Below are positions 22,072-32,011 of a DNA stretch of 64,000 nt, one piece after another. This DNA is from Granulosicoccaceae bacterium. GTDB lineage: Bacteria; Pseudomonadota; Gammaproteobacteria; CALCKW01. The stretch spans positions 6,266 through 70,265 of the forward strand of contig JAWSVD010000029.1 of the NCBI GenBank assembly GCA_033852095.1, in the 5' to 3' direction. Under the pieces are notes generated by a model. The model was not told the DNA's origin. It made no database searches and saw nothing but the letters and a program-made list of their open reading frames with translations. The position numbers and the translations under genes were made by a program. Every line of letters starts with the position of its first letter. Position 1 is the first letter of the stretch.

Positions 22072-22111
22072 TTTCTCACTTATATACAGATAGGTAGAGA
22101 GCGCACTCAGT

Positions 22112-24598
22112 CTAAAAGAGCTGCTCACGCATATCATCCTGCCCCGCCTCAGCCGGCAAGGTGGACTCGACGTTCCAGACAGGCGCAGCCGCTGTATCCG
22201 AAGTGCCACTGCTTGCACTCTTCGCAGTCGAATCATGCAAAGGCTCTGATGTGCGGAAATACTCAAACATCGAACCCTCAGCCCCTGCGCGCGCGCGCCT
22301 GCCCGTGGCCTTGTCGATACGCAGTTTCACCACGTTTTCTGGCGGCACAAGCTCTGCCTCGGGAACGCCCTCCAACATGGTCTGCATGAAATCGATCCAC
22401 ATGGGCAGCGCCGCTCGCCCGCCAGTCTCGCGGGAACCCAGGGTTTTCACCTGATCAAAGCCAACCCAGGCCGTGGCGACAATGTCCCGCTGAAAACCCG
22501 TGAACCAGGCGTCCATCTGCTCGTTGGTAGTACCGGTCTTCCCCGCCAGATCCGTCCGGCCCAGTGCCTTTCTGGCCCGCACCGCGGTACCGCGCTGCAC
22601 CACTTCGCGCAACATCGAGTTCATCAAAAAGGCGTTGTCCTCAGCCACCACACGCTGGGCGAGTTTAGATTCACGCAGCGGCTCAGCATTCGCCGCGGTC
22701 ACGTCGACTGTCGTCAAGGAATCGCCACTGGCCAACATTTCACTCAAACAATCCGCATCCACGCAGGCAATATCGGGCGCAGCCTGAAACAACAGACGGC
22801 CTTCGCGGTCTTCGATGCGGCGGATAAAATAGGGCTCAACCAGATAACCGCCATTTGCGAAGATCGCGTAAGCGCGCACCAGCTCGATGGGCTTAACCAC
22901 CCCGGAGCCCAGCGCGAGCGACAGATCGCGCGGCATCGCGTCACTGCCAAAACCAAAGCGGTCCATGTAGCCAATGGCGTTGCGGATGCCTATTTTTCGC
23001 AACACCCGAATAGACACTAAATTGCGGGATTTCACCAGCGCCTCGCGCAACCGAGTCGGGCCGTAGACCCGGCCGGAGTAATTTTCAGGCCGCCAGACAT
23101 CTTCGAGCTTGTCGTCGTCAAACACCACCGGGGCATCATTAAAGACCGTGGCAACCGACAGACCCGCATCCAGTGCCGCTGAAAAGACAAAGGGCTTGAA
23201 GTTTGATCCGGCCTGGCGACTGGCCTGCATGACGCGGTTGAATTTACTGCGCTCGAATTGGTAACCGCCCGCCAAGGCCAACACCGCCCCATCGCGTGGA
23301 TCCAGGGCGACCAGAGCACCCTCGGGACCCGGCAATTGAGCCAGCATCCATTGTGCGTTGTCACCCGGCCGCAAGTAAACCACGTCACCACGTGTCAGCA
23401 CCTGATCGACACTTTCAATCTCGGCGCCGAGCTCATCGATCGACAGCCGTGCGCGGGCCCAAGTGACACCCGCCAGCGCCAAGCGCGCGCTGCTGCCGTT
23501 GGCCAGCATCACCGCCGCACCTTCTGCGTCGACGGACAACACCGCCGCTGCCACCAGATCACCGTATTGCGGCAGCTCCGCCAACACGGACAAGAGCTCC
23601 AACTCGTCCTGCAAGCCCTGCTCATCTAATGTCAGCAGCGGGCCACGGTAACCGTGCCGCTCTTCATAGGCGTGCAAAGCACCGCGCAGGCTTTCAGTCG
23701 CGGCGCGCTGCGCCTTGGAGGTCAAGGTGGTGTACACCCTATAACCGTCGCTGTAGGCGGCGTCGCCAAATCGTTTAACCAGCTCCGCGCGGGCCATCTC
23801 CGCCACGTATCCGCCCTCAAGCGCACGCTTTGCAACGTGCAGCGTCGCGCTCACCGGCGCCGCCTTGGCCCGCTCAAACTCATCCGTGTCGATCATCGCC
23901 AGCTCGTGCATGCGGCGCAAAACGTAGTTGCGACGGATCAGCGCACGCGGCGCATTGGCCAGCGGGTTATACGCTGAAGGCGCCTTGGGCAAGCCCGCGA
24001 TCATCGCGATCTGCGGCAGATCGAGTTGATCCAAGGTTTTGCCGTAATAAGCAAAGGCCGCCGCCCCCACACCCCAGGCGCGATTGCCGAAAAATATCTT
24101 GTTCAGATAGAGCTCTAGGATCTGGTCTTTGCTCAGCTCCCGCTCTATCTCCATGGCTAGGAGCATTTCTTTTACTTTTCGGCTGTATTTTTTGTCTTTA
24201 CTCAAAAACAAGTCGCGCGCTATCTGCATCGTGATGGTGCTGCCACCCTGCGCTTTTCTGCCGGTGGTGACCAAGACGTACACCGCTCTGGCCAGACCTT
24301 GCCAATCCACACCCGGGTGCTCATAGAAGCGATCGTCTTCCGCCGCGATGAACGCTTGCTGCATGCGCTTGGGGATAGCGTCAATAGCTGCGAATACCCG
24401 CCGTTTCTCGCCGTATTCCGCCAGCATTTCACCGTCGCTGGAGAATACTTGCAGCGGCACGTACATCTGAACGTTATGAACCCCGTCGATAGAGGGCAAT
24501 TGTTGCTTGTAATGCATTGCAAGACCGAAACCTGCCACTAGCCCAAGTAAAGCCAAAGAAAACAAGCAGATAACAGAAATTTTGAGGAAAGCTCTCAC
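22112..24598 (-). CDS. mrcA: penicillin-binding protein 1A (bifunctional transglycosylase/transpeptidase)
   Basis: 828 aa, N-terminal TM, GT51 motifs (EDDRFYEH.GVD, ITMQIAR), an OB/linker region and transpeptidase SxxK/SxN/KTG motifs. Divergent from pilM as ponA is in Pseudomonas. Confidence 0.92.
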   Translation of the reverse strand: MRAFLKISVICLFSLALLGLVAGFGLAMHYKQQLPSIDGVHNVQMYVPLQVFSSDGEMLAEYGEKRRVFAAIDAIPKRMQQAFIAAEDDRFYEHPGVDWQGLARAVYVLVTTGRKAQGGSTITMQIARDLFLSKDKKYSRKVKEMLLAMEIERELSKDQILELYLNKIFFGNRAWGVGAAAFAYYGKTLDQLDLPQIAMIAGLPKAPSAYNPLANAPRALIRRNYVLRRMHELAMIDTDEFERAKAAPVSATLHVAKRALEGGYVAEMARAELVKRFGDAAYSDGYRVYTTLTSKAQRAATESLRGALHAYEERHGYRGPLLTLDEQGLQDELELLSVLAELPQYGDLVAAAVLSVDAEGAAVMLANGSSARLALAGVTWARARLSIDELGAEIESVDQVLTRGDVVYLRPGDNAQWMLAQLPGPEGALVALDPRDGAVLALAGGYQFERSKFNRVMQASRQAGSNFKPFVFSAALDAGLSVATVFNDAPVVFDDDKLEDVWRPENYSGRVYGPTRLREALVKSRNLVSIRVLRKIGIRNAIGYMDRFGFGSDAMPRDLSLALGSGVVKPIELVRAYAIFANGGYLVEPYFIRRIEDREGRLLFQAAPDIACVDADCLSEMLASGDSLTTVDVTAANAEPLRESKLAQRVVAEDNAFLMNSMLREVVQRGTAVRARKALGRTDLAGKTGTTNEQMDAWFTGFQRDIVATAWVGFDQVKTLGSRETGGRAALPMWIDFMQTMLEGVPEAELVPPENVVKLRIDKATGRRARAGAEGSMFEYFRTSEPLHDSTAKSASSGTSDTAAAPVWNVESTLPAEAGQDDMREQLF

Positions 24599-24958
24599 GA
24601 TACAGATGTCATTTTAAGGGGATTCCACCCGCGTATTCGAAAAACCGTACCAAGTCGCCACCCTTCGGCGAATACCCCGGTACACAAACTGCAAAGACCA
24701 GATTGTACGCGAAGTCTGCCAACTCGGCAGATAGCCCCCATAAATGTATGGAAGTTGTAAGGAAAAGAGTGGCCTACAGATCATTCGCACGAAAATGGAT
24801 CACGCCCTAAAGCTAAGGCCTTCATTTTCCAACGACTGAGCCGTTAAACGACTCGAACCTTCTCAGTACCGAGCGCTAGAACTCAGCTGGTACCAGAGAC
24901 GGCCTGATCCACGCAACCAGGGAGTATCCGCTAAGGAGCTCCGACACGAGGACACACT

Positions 24959-26014
24959 GTGTTTGGTATTAAGTCTAGTTCCCAACTGATCGGGCTCGAT
25001 ATCAGCTCGACGTCAGTCAAGCTGTTAGAGCTTACACGGCAGCGTGGCGGTTTGCGTGTGGAGTCATACGCGGTAGAGCCACTGCCGGTAAATTCTGTCA
25101 ACGAGAAGACCATTCAAGACATCGAGGCGGTCGGCGAAGCCGTTCGCCGCGCCGTCAAGAAGAGCGGCACCAAGGCGACACGCGCCGCGGTTGCAGTTTC
25201 CGGGTCGGCGGTGATCACGAAGATCATCAGCATGCCCGCGAGCTTGAGCGAAAGCGACATGGAAATGCAGATTCAGTTGGAGGCGGAGCAGCACATACCC
25301 TACTCCATCGAAGACGTGAACATCGACTTCCAAGTGATGGGCGAGACTGCTGGCAAGGCCGACAAGGTCGACGTGCTGCTGGCTGCCACCAAATCCGAGA
25401 ACATCGAGGACCGTGTCACCACCTTGAAGATGGCCGGGCTCAAACCCGCCGTGGTCGACATCGAGCCCTACACCATTGAGCACTCCTTAGAGATGCTTGC
25501 CGGTGGCGACGAGAATTTGATGAACGGCACCGTTGCCGTCATCGATGTCGGCGCGACCATGACCAGCCTCAACGTGATGCAGAATCGCCAATTGATCTAC
25601 ACCCGAGAGCAGGCCTTCGGCGGCAAGCTGCTCACAGAGGAGATTATGCGCCGCTACGGCCTGTCATATCAGGACGCCGGCCGCGCCAAACGCGTGGGCG
25701 GATTGCCCGAAGGTTACGAGCAGGATGTGCTCGAACCCTTTAAGCAGAGCATTGCCCAGCACATCAACCGCTACCTGCAGTTCTACTACAGCAGCAGCCA
25801 AGATACGCAGGTAGATGAAATCATCCTCGCCGGCGGCAGCTCCAGCATTGATAACATCGATCAATATATTCACGAGCAAATCGGCACGCCGACGAGCATC
25901 GCCCAGCCCTTCAGCATGGTGGAACTCGCCAAGGGCGTGGACCGAGATCGCCTGGTGCAAGACGGCCCGGCGATGATGATTGCCTGCGGCCTCGCGCTGC
26001 GAGGAGTTGAATAA
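24959..26014 (+). CDS. pilM: type IV pilus inner-membrane assembly protein PilM
   Basis: 351 aa actin-like ATPase fold (IGLDISSTSVKLLEL...). GTG start. First gene of the pilMNOPQ order. Confidence 0.9.
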   Translation: MFGIKSSSQLIGLDISSTSVKLLELTRQRGGLRVESYAVEPLPVNSVNEKTIQDIEAVGEAVRRAVKKSGTKATRAAVAVSGSAVITKIISMPASLSESDMEMQIQLEAEQHIPYSIEDVNIDFQVMGETAGKADKVDVLLAATKSENIEDRVTTLKMAGLKPAVVDIEPYTIEHSLEMLAGGDENLMNGTVAVIDVGATMTSLNVMQNRQLIYTREQAFGGKLLTEEIMRRYGLSYQDAGRAKRVGGLPEGYEQDVLEPFKQSIAQHINRYLQFYYSSSQDTQVDEIILAGGSSSIDNIDQYIHEQIGTPTSIAQPFSMVELAKGVDRDRLVQDGPAMMIACGLALRGVE

Positions 26015-26592
26015 TGGCACGGATGAATCTACTGCCTTGGCGCGAAGAGAGACGCAGCCATCAGGCCAAGATGTTCGGCATACAGGTTGCGGGTGGCCTG
26101 GTTGCTACGGTGATTGGTTGTTTTATGTTCCAGACCTTTATGTCCGGAAACGTGAACCACCAAAAATCGCGCAACGGTTATCTGCAAAGTGAAATCCGAT
26201 CGCTGGAAAGCGAACTCTCGGAAATCGCCGAACTGGAAACAACCAAGAGCAAACTGCTGTCGCGCATGGAGATCATCCAACAGCTTCAGACCCAACGCCC
26301 ACAGGTTGTGCACTTGTTTCACGAAATTGCAACGGCGATCCCCAGCGGTATACAGCTGTCTGATCTGAGCCAGGCGGGAGCGCAATTGACCTTAAAAGGC
26401 AAGACGCAATCAAACGCACGGGTCTCTGAATTCATGCGCTTGCTCGACGCATCGCCGTGGATGTCTAGCCCGAGTGTTCGCAATATCACCGCAGAGAAAG
26501 GCAAGAACAGCAGCACCTTTGAGCTGGTATTGGAGCACTCAGCACCTGGCGCCCGAAAAGCCAGCTTAGAGGAGAATGACTACAATGGCTGA
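26014..26592 (+). CDS. pilN: type IV pilus assembly protein PilN
   Basis: 192 aa, N-terminal TM then a coiled coil. TAATG overlap with pilM. Position. Confidence 0.8.
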   Translation: MARMNLLPWREERRSHQAKMFGIQVAGGLVATVIGCFMFQTFMSGNVNHQKSRNGYLQSEIRSLESELSEIAELETTKSKLLSRMEIIQQLQTQRPQVVHLFHEIATAIPSGIQLSDLSQAGAQLTLKGKTQSNARVSEFMRLLDASPWMSSPSVRNITAEKGKNSSTFELVLEHSAPGARKASLEENDYNG

Positions 26593-27181
26593 TTTAAACG
26601 ATCTGGACATTGAAGATCTGAAGAAGATCGGCAGTGCCCCACTTCCCGTGCGAATGGCCGTGATTGCCGTCTCCTGCGTTTTGCTGATAGCCGCCTATTG
26701 GTTCTTCATGGTGAAGCCTCAGCTCGAGCGCATCGAGGGCATGAAACGCCAAGAGTCTTCGTTGAAACAAGAATACGATGTGGCGGCAGCCAAGGCTGCA
26801 AATCTGGACGCCTACAAAGTACAACTCGACGACATGCGCAATGAGTTTTCTATCATGCTGCGCCAACTGCCCGACAAGGTGGACATCGAGAGTTTGTTGG
26901 TGGATCTGTCGCAGACAAGCGTGGGCGCCGGTTTGGACGTTGAATATTTCAAACCCCAGGGCGATATCCCCAAAGAGTTCTACGCCGAGCACCCTATCCG
27001 CTTAAGCGTCAAAGGCAAATACCACGAGTTCGGTGAGTTTGTCAGCGGCCTCGCAGCACTGCCGCGCATCGTCACGCTGAGTAACATAAAAATAGGGGCT
27101 GACCCGGAGAAAGATTCCGAGCTGCTGATCATGGAATTGACCGCCACCACCTACCGCTATTTGAGGGAGGACGAGCAATGA
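26576..27181 (+). CDS. pilO: type IV pilus assembly protein PilO
   Basis: 201 aa, TM plus coiled coil. Overlaps pilN by 17 nt. Position. Confidence 0.8.
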   Translation: MTTMADLNDLDIEDLKKIGSAPLPVRMAVIAVSCVLLIAAYWFFMVKPQLERIEGMKRQESSLKQEYDVAAAKAANLDAYKVQLDDMRNEFSIMLRQLPDKVDIESLLVDLSQTSVGAGLDVEYFKPQGDIPKEFYAEHPIRLSVKGKYHEFGEFVSGLAALPRIVTLSNIKIGADPEKDSELLIMELTATTYRYLREDEQ

Positions 27182-27729
27182 AACAAACACAGCACGCACG
27201 CCGCCTCTCAAAAGCCAGCACTGTCTTTTCACTGATCGCACTGACAAGCCTTTTGAACGGGTGTGAGCGCAGCATGGCCGACCTAGACGAATACGTGAAG
27301 GATCGCCGCCAAGCGCACGCAGGTTTTGTGGAACCGCTGCCTGAATACGAATTGTACAAGGGCTTCAGCTATACCTCAGTCGATCTGCGCGACCCCTTCG
27401 GCACACCCGATCTGGACGCCGGAATGCCGACCATCATGGGCAGCAACAAGAACAAGCCCGACTTGAAACGCAGGCGCGAAGCACTGGAAATGTATCCGCT
27501 GGACTCGCTTGACATGGTTGGAGAACTCGCCCGCGGCGGCAACAGCTGGGGCCTGATCAAAGACGCAGAAGGCGTAGTGCACCGAGTTAAAACAGGTGCA
27601 TACGCAGGCCAGAACTTTGGCCGCATTGTCTCCGTGACCGAATCAAACATTGAAATCGAAGAAACAATTCAGGACGGCATGGGCAACTGGATTACCCGAG
27701 AAGCCCAACTGACTTTAGGTGAAGAGTGA
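27178..27729 (+). CDS. pilP: type IV pilus assembly lipoprotein PilP
   Basis: 183 aa with a lipobox (LLNGC). Overlaps the pilO stop (ATGA). Position before pilQ. Confidence 0.75.
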   Translation: MKQTQHARRLSKASTVFSLIALTSLLNGCERSMADLDEYVKDRRQAHAGFVEPLPEYELYKGFSYTSVDLRDPFGTPDLDAGMPTIMGSNKNKPDLKRRREALEMYPLDSLDMVGELARGGNSWGLIKDAEGVVHRVKTGAYAGQNFGRIVSVTESNIEIEETIQDGMGNWITREAQLTLGEE

Positions 27730-29948
27730 TGTTAATGAATAGCAAATGGCATAAAAATACCTCCGTCACAGGCGACATCACTTGCACCCGCAAGCCACGT
27801 TGGATCGCTTTGGCGGCACTGGCCGGCAGCTTGATGCTGCCCGCCCAATTGATGGCTGCGCAAAATGCATTGAAGTCACTGAGCTTCAATCAATTGCCGG
27901 GCAATCAGCTGGAACTGCGCTTGAAAATGGCAGGCCCAGCCGAGAAGCCAAACGGTTTCACCATCGACAACCCCGCACGCATCGCACTGGATTTTGCCGA
28001 TACGCGCAACGAATTGGTGAAGCGCACCATTCCGGTGGGCAGTGGAAACGTGCGCAGCATCAACGCCGTGGAATTCCAGGGCCGTACCCGTCTTATTGTC
28101 AATCTCAATGAACTGTCCCCCTACAGCACAAGTGTGGTTGGTGATGAGATTCTGATACGCCTGTCCTCGGGCGATACCGCACCACCTTCAGTGGCGGTGT
28201 CCTCGCCAACGGCTGTGCCTACCGTGGTCAATGCCGCTGCAATGACAAGCAGCCGCACGCTGCGCGACATGAGCTTTAGACGCAGCGACGACGGCGCGGG
28301 CCGTATCACGTTCAAACTCACCGATCCCAACACCCCGATTGACATCAAGCAGATTGGTCAGAAAATCGTGATCGACATGCGCGATGTCGACGTCAGTGAA
28401 TCCCTGCTAAAACGCCTCGACGTGATGGATTTCGCCACACCGGTGCAATTCATTGATACCTACAGGCGCGGCGACAACATTCGCATTGAGATCCGCCCCG
28501 CTCGCGGATCGGAATACGAGCAGATCGCCTACCAATCCGACAACCAGTTCACCCTGGAACTGCGCCCACTGGCCGAAGAAGAAGTGCAGGCACGGAAAGA
28601 GAGATCCTTTGAAGGTGAGCGCTTGTCGCTGAACTTCCAAGACATCGAAGTGCGCTCCGTGCTGCAGTTGCTGGCTGACTTCACCGACCAGAATGTGGTG
28701 GTCAGCGACTCTGTGGATGGCGAAGTTACCTTGCGCTTGAAGAACGTCCCCTGGGACCAAGCACTGGATATCATCCTCAAATCCAAAGGCCTGGCGATGC
28801 GCCAGAACGGCAACGTCTTGATGGTTGCTCCCGCCGATGAGATCGCCGCGCGTGAACAGCTGGAGCTGGAATCAGCACAGAAGGTGCACAAGCTATCCAA
28901 ACTGCGCACAGAGATGATTCAAGTCAACTACGCCAAAGCCTCAGAGATCGCAAATGTACTGCGAGCTGGCCAGCAGGTGGTTCGCCGCGGCGGCGACGAT
29001 GACGAAGAACGTGCCAACGAAGGCCTACTCAGTGACCGCGGCAGCGCCTCGGTCGACGAGCGCACCAACACCGTGTTGGTGACAGACACACCCGAGTCAC
29101 TGGAAAAGATCCACGAACTGGTCGCCAAACTCGACGTACCGGTGCGCCAGGTCTTGATCGAGTCACGGGTCGTCATCGCCACCGATGATTTCAACGAAGA
29201 GATGGGCGTGCGGGTTGGCTTGACTCGCTACCCCGACAATACATCCAGCGGCGGTTACGGCATCACCTCGGGCAACCTAGGCGCCGTCACCAACGTGTTC
29301 AACCAGACCATCGGTGGCTCGACCGACGAGACACTGGAAGCACCCAATCGCTGGAACGTCAACCTGCCGGCCTCCAATCCCTCGGGCAGCATCGGTTTTG
29401 AATTCGGCACCCTGCCCTTGGGCTCGCTGCTCGAGCTAGAACTGTCGGCCATGGAAGCGGAAGGTCGTGGCGAGGTGATTTCCTCTCCTCGTGTGATCAC
29501 CGCCAACCAGCACGAAGCGCACATCGAGCAAGGCGTGGAGATCCCGTACCTCGAAGCCTCTTCGAGCGGAGCGGCAACCGTTTCCTTCAAGAAAGCGGTA
29601 CTGGGCCTGAACGTCACGCCTCAGATCACACCGGATGACCGAGTGATCATGGACCTCACGGTCAACAAAGACAGTGTCGGTGAATGGTACGGCGCCGGAG
29701 AGAACAAGGTGCCTACAGTGGATACCCGCGAAGTGAACACTCAGGTCTTGGTCGACAACGGCGAGACAGTTGTACTGGGTGGCATCTACGAGCAGGTTCG
29801 CACCAAGTCAACACGTAAAGTCCCCTTCTTGGGTGACCTACCGATCATTGGCCGCCTGTTCCGCAGCGACTTGTCTAGAGACGAGAAAAACGAGCTGCTG
29901 ATCTTTGTCACACCGAAGATCCTCGGCGATTCATCGTCCATGCGCTGA
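27726..29948 (+). CDS. pilQ: type IV pilus secretin PilQ
   Basis: 740 aa with AMIN-like N-terminal repeats, N0/N1 domains and a C-terminal secretin domain (VLVDNGETVVLGGI...IPFLGDLPIIGRLF). Start is ambiguous (GTG 27726, ATG 27729 or ATG 27735). Confidence 0.9.
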   Translation: MMLMNSKWHKNTSVTGDITCTRKPRWIALAALAGSLMLPAQLMAAQNALKSLSFNQLPGNQLELRLKMAGPAEKPNGFTIDNPARIALDFADTRNELVKRTIPVGSGNVRSINAVEFQGRTRLIVNLNELSPYSTSVVGDEILIRLSSGDTAPPSVAVSSPTAVPTVVNAAAMTSSRTLRDMSFRRSDDGAGRITFKLTDPNTPIDIKQIGQKIVIDMRDVDVSESLLKRLDVMDFATPVQFIDTYRRGDNIRIEIRPARGSEYEQIAYQSDNQFTLELRPLAEEEVQARKERSFEGERLSLNFQDIEVRSVLQLLADFTDQNVVVSDSVDGEVTLRLKNVPWDQALDIILKSKGLAMRQNGNVLMVAPADEIAAREQLELESAQKVHKLSKLRTEMIQVNYAKASEIANVLRAGQQVVRRGGDDDEERANEGLLSDRGSASVDERTNTVLVTDTPESLEKIHELVAKLDVPVRQVLIESRVVIATDDFNEEMGVRVGLTRYPDNTSSGGYGITSGNLGAVTNVFNQTIGGSTDETLEAPNRWNVNLPASNPSGSIGFEFGTLPLGSLLELELSAMEAEGRGEVISSPRVITANQHEAHIEQGVEIPYLEASSSGAATVSFKKAVLGLNVTPQITPDDRVIMDLTVNKDSVGEWYGAGENKVPTVDTREVNTQVLVDNGETVVLGGIYEQVRTKSTRKVPFLGDLPIIGRLFRSDLSRDEKNELLIFVTPKILGDSSSMR

Positions 29949-29972
29949 TACACCGCGCACGTTTGATCCTGA

Positions 29973-30000
29973 AAGGGCGGCCCATTAGGCCGCCTTTTTT
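29973..30000 (+). terminator. rho-independent terminator after pilQ
   Basis: aaaGGCGGCCcattaGGCCGCCtttttt: perfect 7-bp stem followed by T6, 25 bp after the pilQ stop. Confidence 0.75.
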
Positions 30001-30334
30001 ATGCCCTGAAGAAAGACCGAGCGCTGCTCACGCCCCCCCGCAGAGCGGCAGATAGACTATTTGACCGAGAGCCGCGCTGCCAGTAGCCGACAGGCAAGCG
30101 CCCTGCATGCTTTAGCTGCGCACCCAGCGGCGAAGCGCAGCTGCAGACCCGCGCCAAAACCATCGTTTCAAAGACTTGCTCGCTGGCGCTATCCCCGGCC
30201 CAGCGCGAGCACCCTCAGAAATCATCGCCCTTCTATAAACGCGGCACCGCACCCAGCAAACTGCGGCTGTTCAGGCTCAGATGCCTTTGCAACGACAGTG
30301 CTACAATGCCCGATTGATTGATTTTGAAGATGGC

Positions 30335-30850
30335 ATGAATATCTTTTTAATCGGCTCCATGGGAGCCGGGAAAACCACCATCGGCCGCCAACTGGCCAAG
30401 CGCTTGAATCGCCCCTTTTTTGACAGCGACCATGAACTGGTGGAGCGCTGCGGCGTCGACATCCCCACTATTTTCGAATTCGAAGGGGAGAGCGGGTTTC
30501 GGGACAGAGAGTCCCAGGTCATCGACGACCTGAGTCGGCGCACGGGCATAGTGCTGGCCACTGGCGGTGGCGCCGTGCTGCGACCTGAAAACCGCAAAAT
30601 GCTGGCCGCGCGCGGCACCGTGATCTATCTGCGGGTCACGCTGGAGAATCAATATCTGCGCACCGCCGCCGACCGCAACCGCCCCATCCTGCAGGGCGGA
30701 AACCTGCGCGAAAAACTGCAAAAATTGCGCGATGCGCGCGACCCGCTGTACCGCGCATTGGCCGACCACGTGCTCAACACAGACAACCGCACGCCCGCGC
30801 ATGTCTCACAAGCCATTCAACGCCACCTCGACCGCGACAACATCGCGTGA
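30335..30850 (+). CDS. aroK: shikimate kinase
   Basis: Start at MNIFLIG. Walker A GSMGAGKTTIGRQLA and strong end-to-end similarity to E. coli AroK. Confidence 0.9.
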   Translation: MNIFLIGSMGAGKTTIGRQLAKRLNRPFFDSDHELVERCGVDIPTIFEFEGESGFRDRESQVIDDLSRRTGIVLATGGGAVLRPENRKMLAARGTVIYLRVTLENQYLRTAADRNRPILQGGNLREKLQKLRDARDPLYRALADHVLNTDNRTPAHVSQAIQRHLDRDNIA

Positions 30851-30890
30851 CAGACACCCACGTGACAGAACCCAAGGGAATATTCGCACC

Positions 30891-31964
30891 GTGCACACTC
30901 TTACTGTAGAACTCGGCGACCGCAGCTACCCCATTCTTATCGGTGCGGATCTGATGCGCGACGCGGACCTCATCCGAGCGCACATTCCAGGTAAGCAGAT
31001 ACTCATCGTCAGCAACGAGACGATTGCGCCGCTGCACGTGCAGCCCCTATTCGATGCTTTATCCGATCGACAGGTCGAACTCGTCACACTACCCGATGGC
31101 GAGCGCTTCAAAAATCTCGACACCCTCAACATCGTCTTCACCCGACTGCTGGAGCTTGGCTTTGATCGCAGTTGCACTTTGCTCGCCCTGGGCGGCGGCG
31201 TGGTGGGCGATATTTGCGGTTACGCCGCGGCGAGCTACCAGCGCGGGGTCAAGTTTGTGCAGATCCCCACCACAGTCCTGGCCCAAGTCGACTCTTCCGT
31301 GGGCGGCAAAACAGGCGTCAATCACCCGCTAGGCAAAAACATGATCGGGGCTTTCTACCAGCCCCAAGCCGTCATCGCGGATCTGTCGACCATCGAGACC
31401 CTGCCCGACCGTGAATTGCGCTCCGGCATCGCCGAGGTGATCAAATACGGCTTTGGTTTAGATGAACAGTTTTTGATTTGGCTGGAAGACAACATCGACG
31501 CCCTGCTAGGCCGAGACCGCGAGGCACTGGGCCATGCGGTGGCGCAATCCTGCGCCATCAAAGCACGCGTGGTCGCCGCAGATGAGCGCGAATCCGGGCA
31601 ACGCGCACTGCTGAACCTGGGCCACACTTACGGCCACGCCATTGAGACGCACACGGGTTACAGCACCTGGCTGCACGGGGAAGCCGTCGCCGCCGGCATG
31701 GTCATGGCCGCGGACCTCGCCCGGGTTGAAGGCCTAATTGACCAAGCCACCGCGGACCGCTGCCGCACCTTAATAGAGCGCTGCGGCCTGCCCACATCGC
31801 CGCCTGACGACATGGACAGCGAGCGATTTATCGCCCTGATGGCACGGGACAAAAAGACCCTCGACAACAAATTGCGCTTAGTTCTGATGACCGGCGCCGG
31901 GAAGTCAGTCTGCACTTCTGATTTTTCTCGCAAGAACATGACGCAACTTATTGATAACTATTAG
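30891..31964 (+). CDS. aroB: 3-dehydroquinate synthase
   Basis: 358 aa from GTG 30891 (in frame with the longer ORF 30732..31964, whose first 53 codons would overlap aroK). NAD/metal motifs (GGGVVGD, HGEAVA). Confidence 0.9.
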   Translation: MHTLTVELGDRSYPILIGADLMRDADLIRAHIPGKQILIVSNETIAPLHVQPLFDALSDRQVELVTLPDGERFKNLDTLNIVFTRLLELGFDRSCTLLALGGGVVGDICGYAAASYQRGVKFVQIPTTVLAQVDSSVGGKTGVNHPLGKNMIGAFYQPQAVIADLSTIETLPDRELRSGIAEVIKYGFGLDEQFLIWLEDNIDALLGRDREALGHAVAQSCAIKARVVAADERESGQRALLNLGHTYGHAIETHTGYSTWLHGEAVAAGMVMAADLARVEGLIDQATADRCRTLIERCGLPTSPPDDMDSERFIALMARDKKTLDNKLRLVLMTGAGKSVCTSDFSRKNMTQLIDNY

Positions 31965-32011
31965 CCTTTGTTAGACAATAGTTTGACTATATTGTCAGCG
32001 AGGACAGGCCA

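Noticed and set aside
24880-24910. tRNA-like D-loop motif (GAACTCAGCTGGTACCAGAG) upstream of pilM
   Set aside because: No acceptor stem, anticodon arm or GTTCGAATC-type T-loop can be formed around it. It is better explained as a palindromic operator-like site.
30732-30890. Upstream extension of aroB to the ATG at 30732 (410 aa)
   Set aside because: It would overlap aroK by about 120 nt and add a non-conserved Thr/Ser/Arg-rich N-terminus. The in-frame GTG at 30891 gives a canonical ~358-aa AroB starting at the conserved region.
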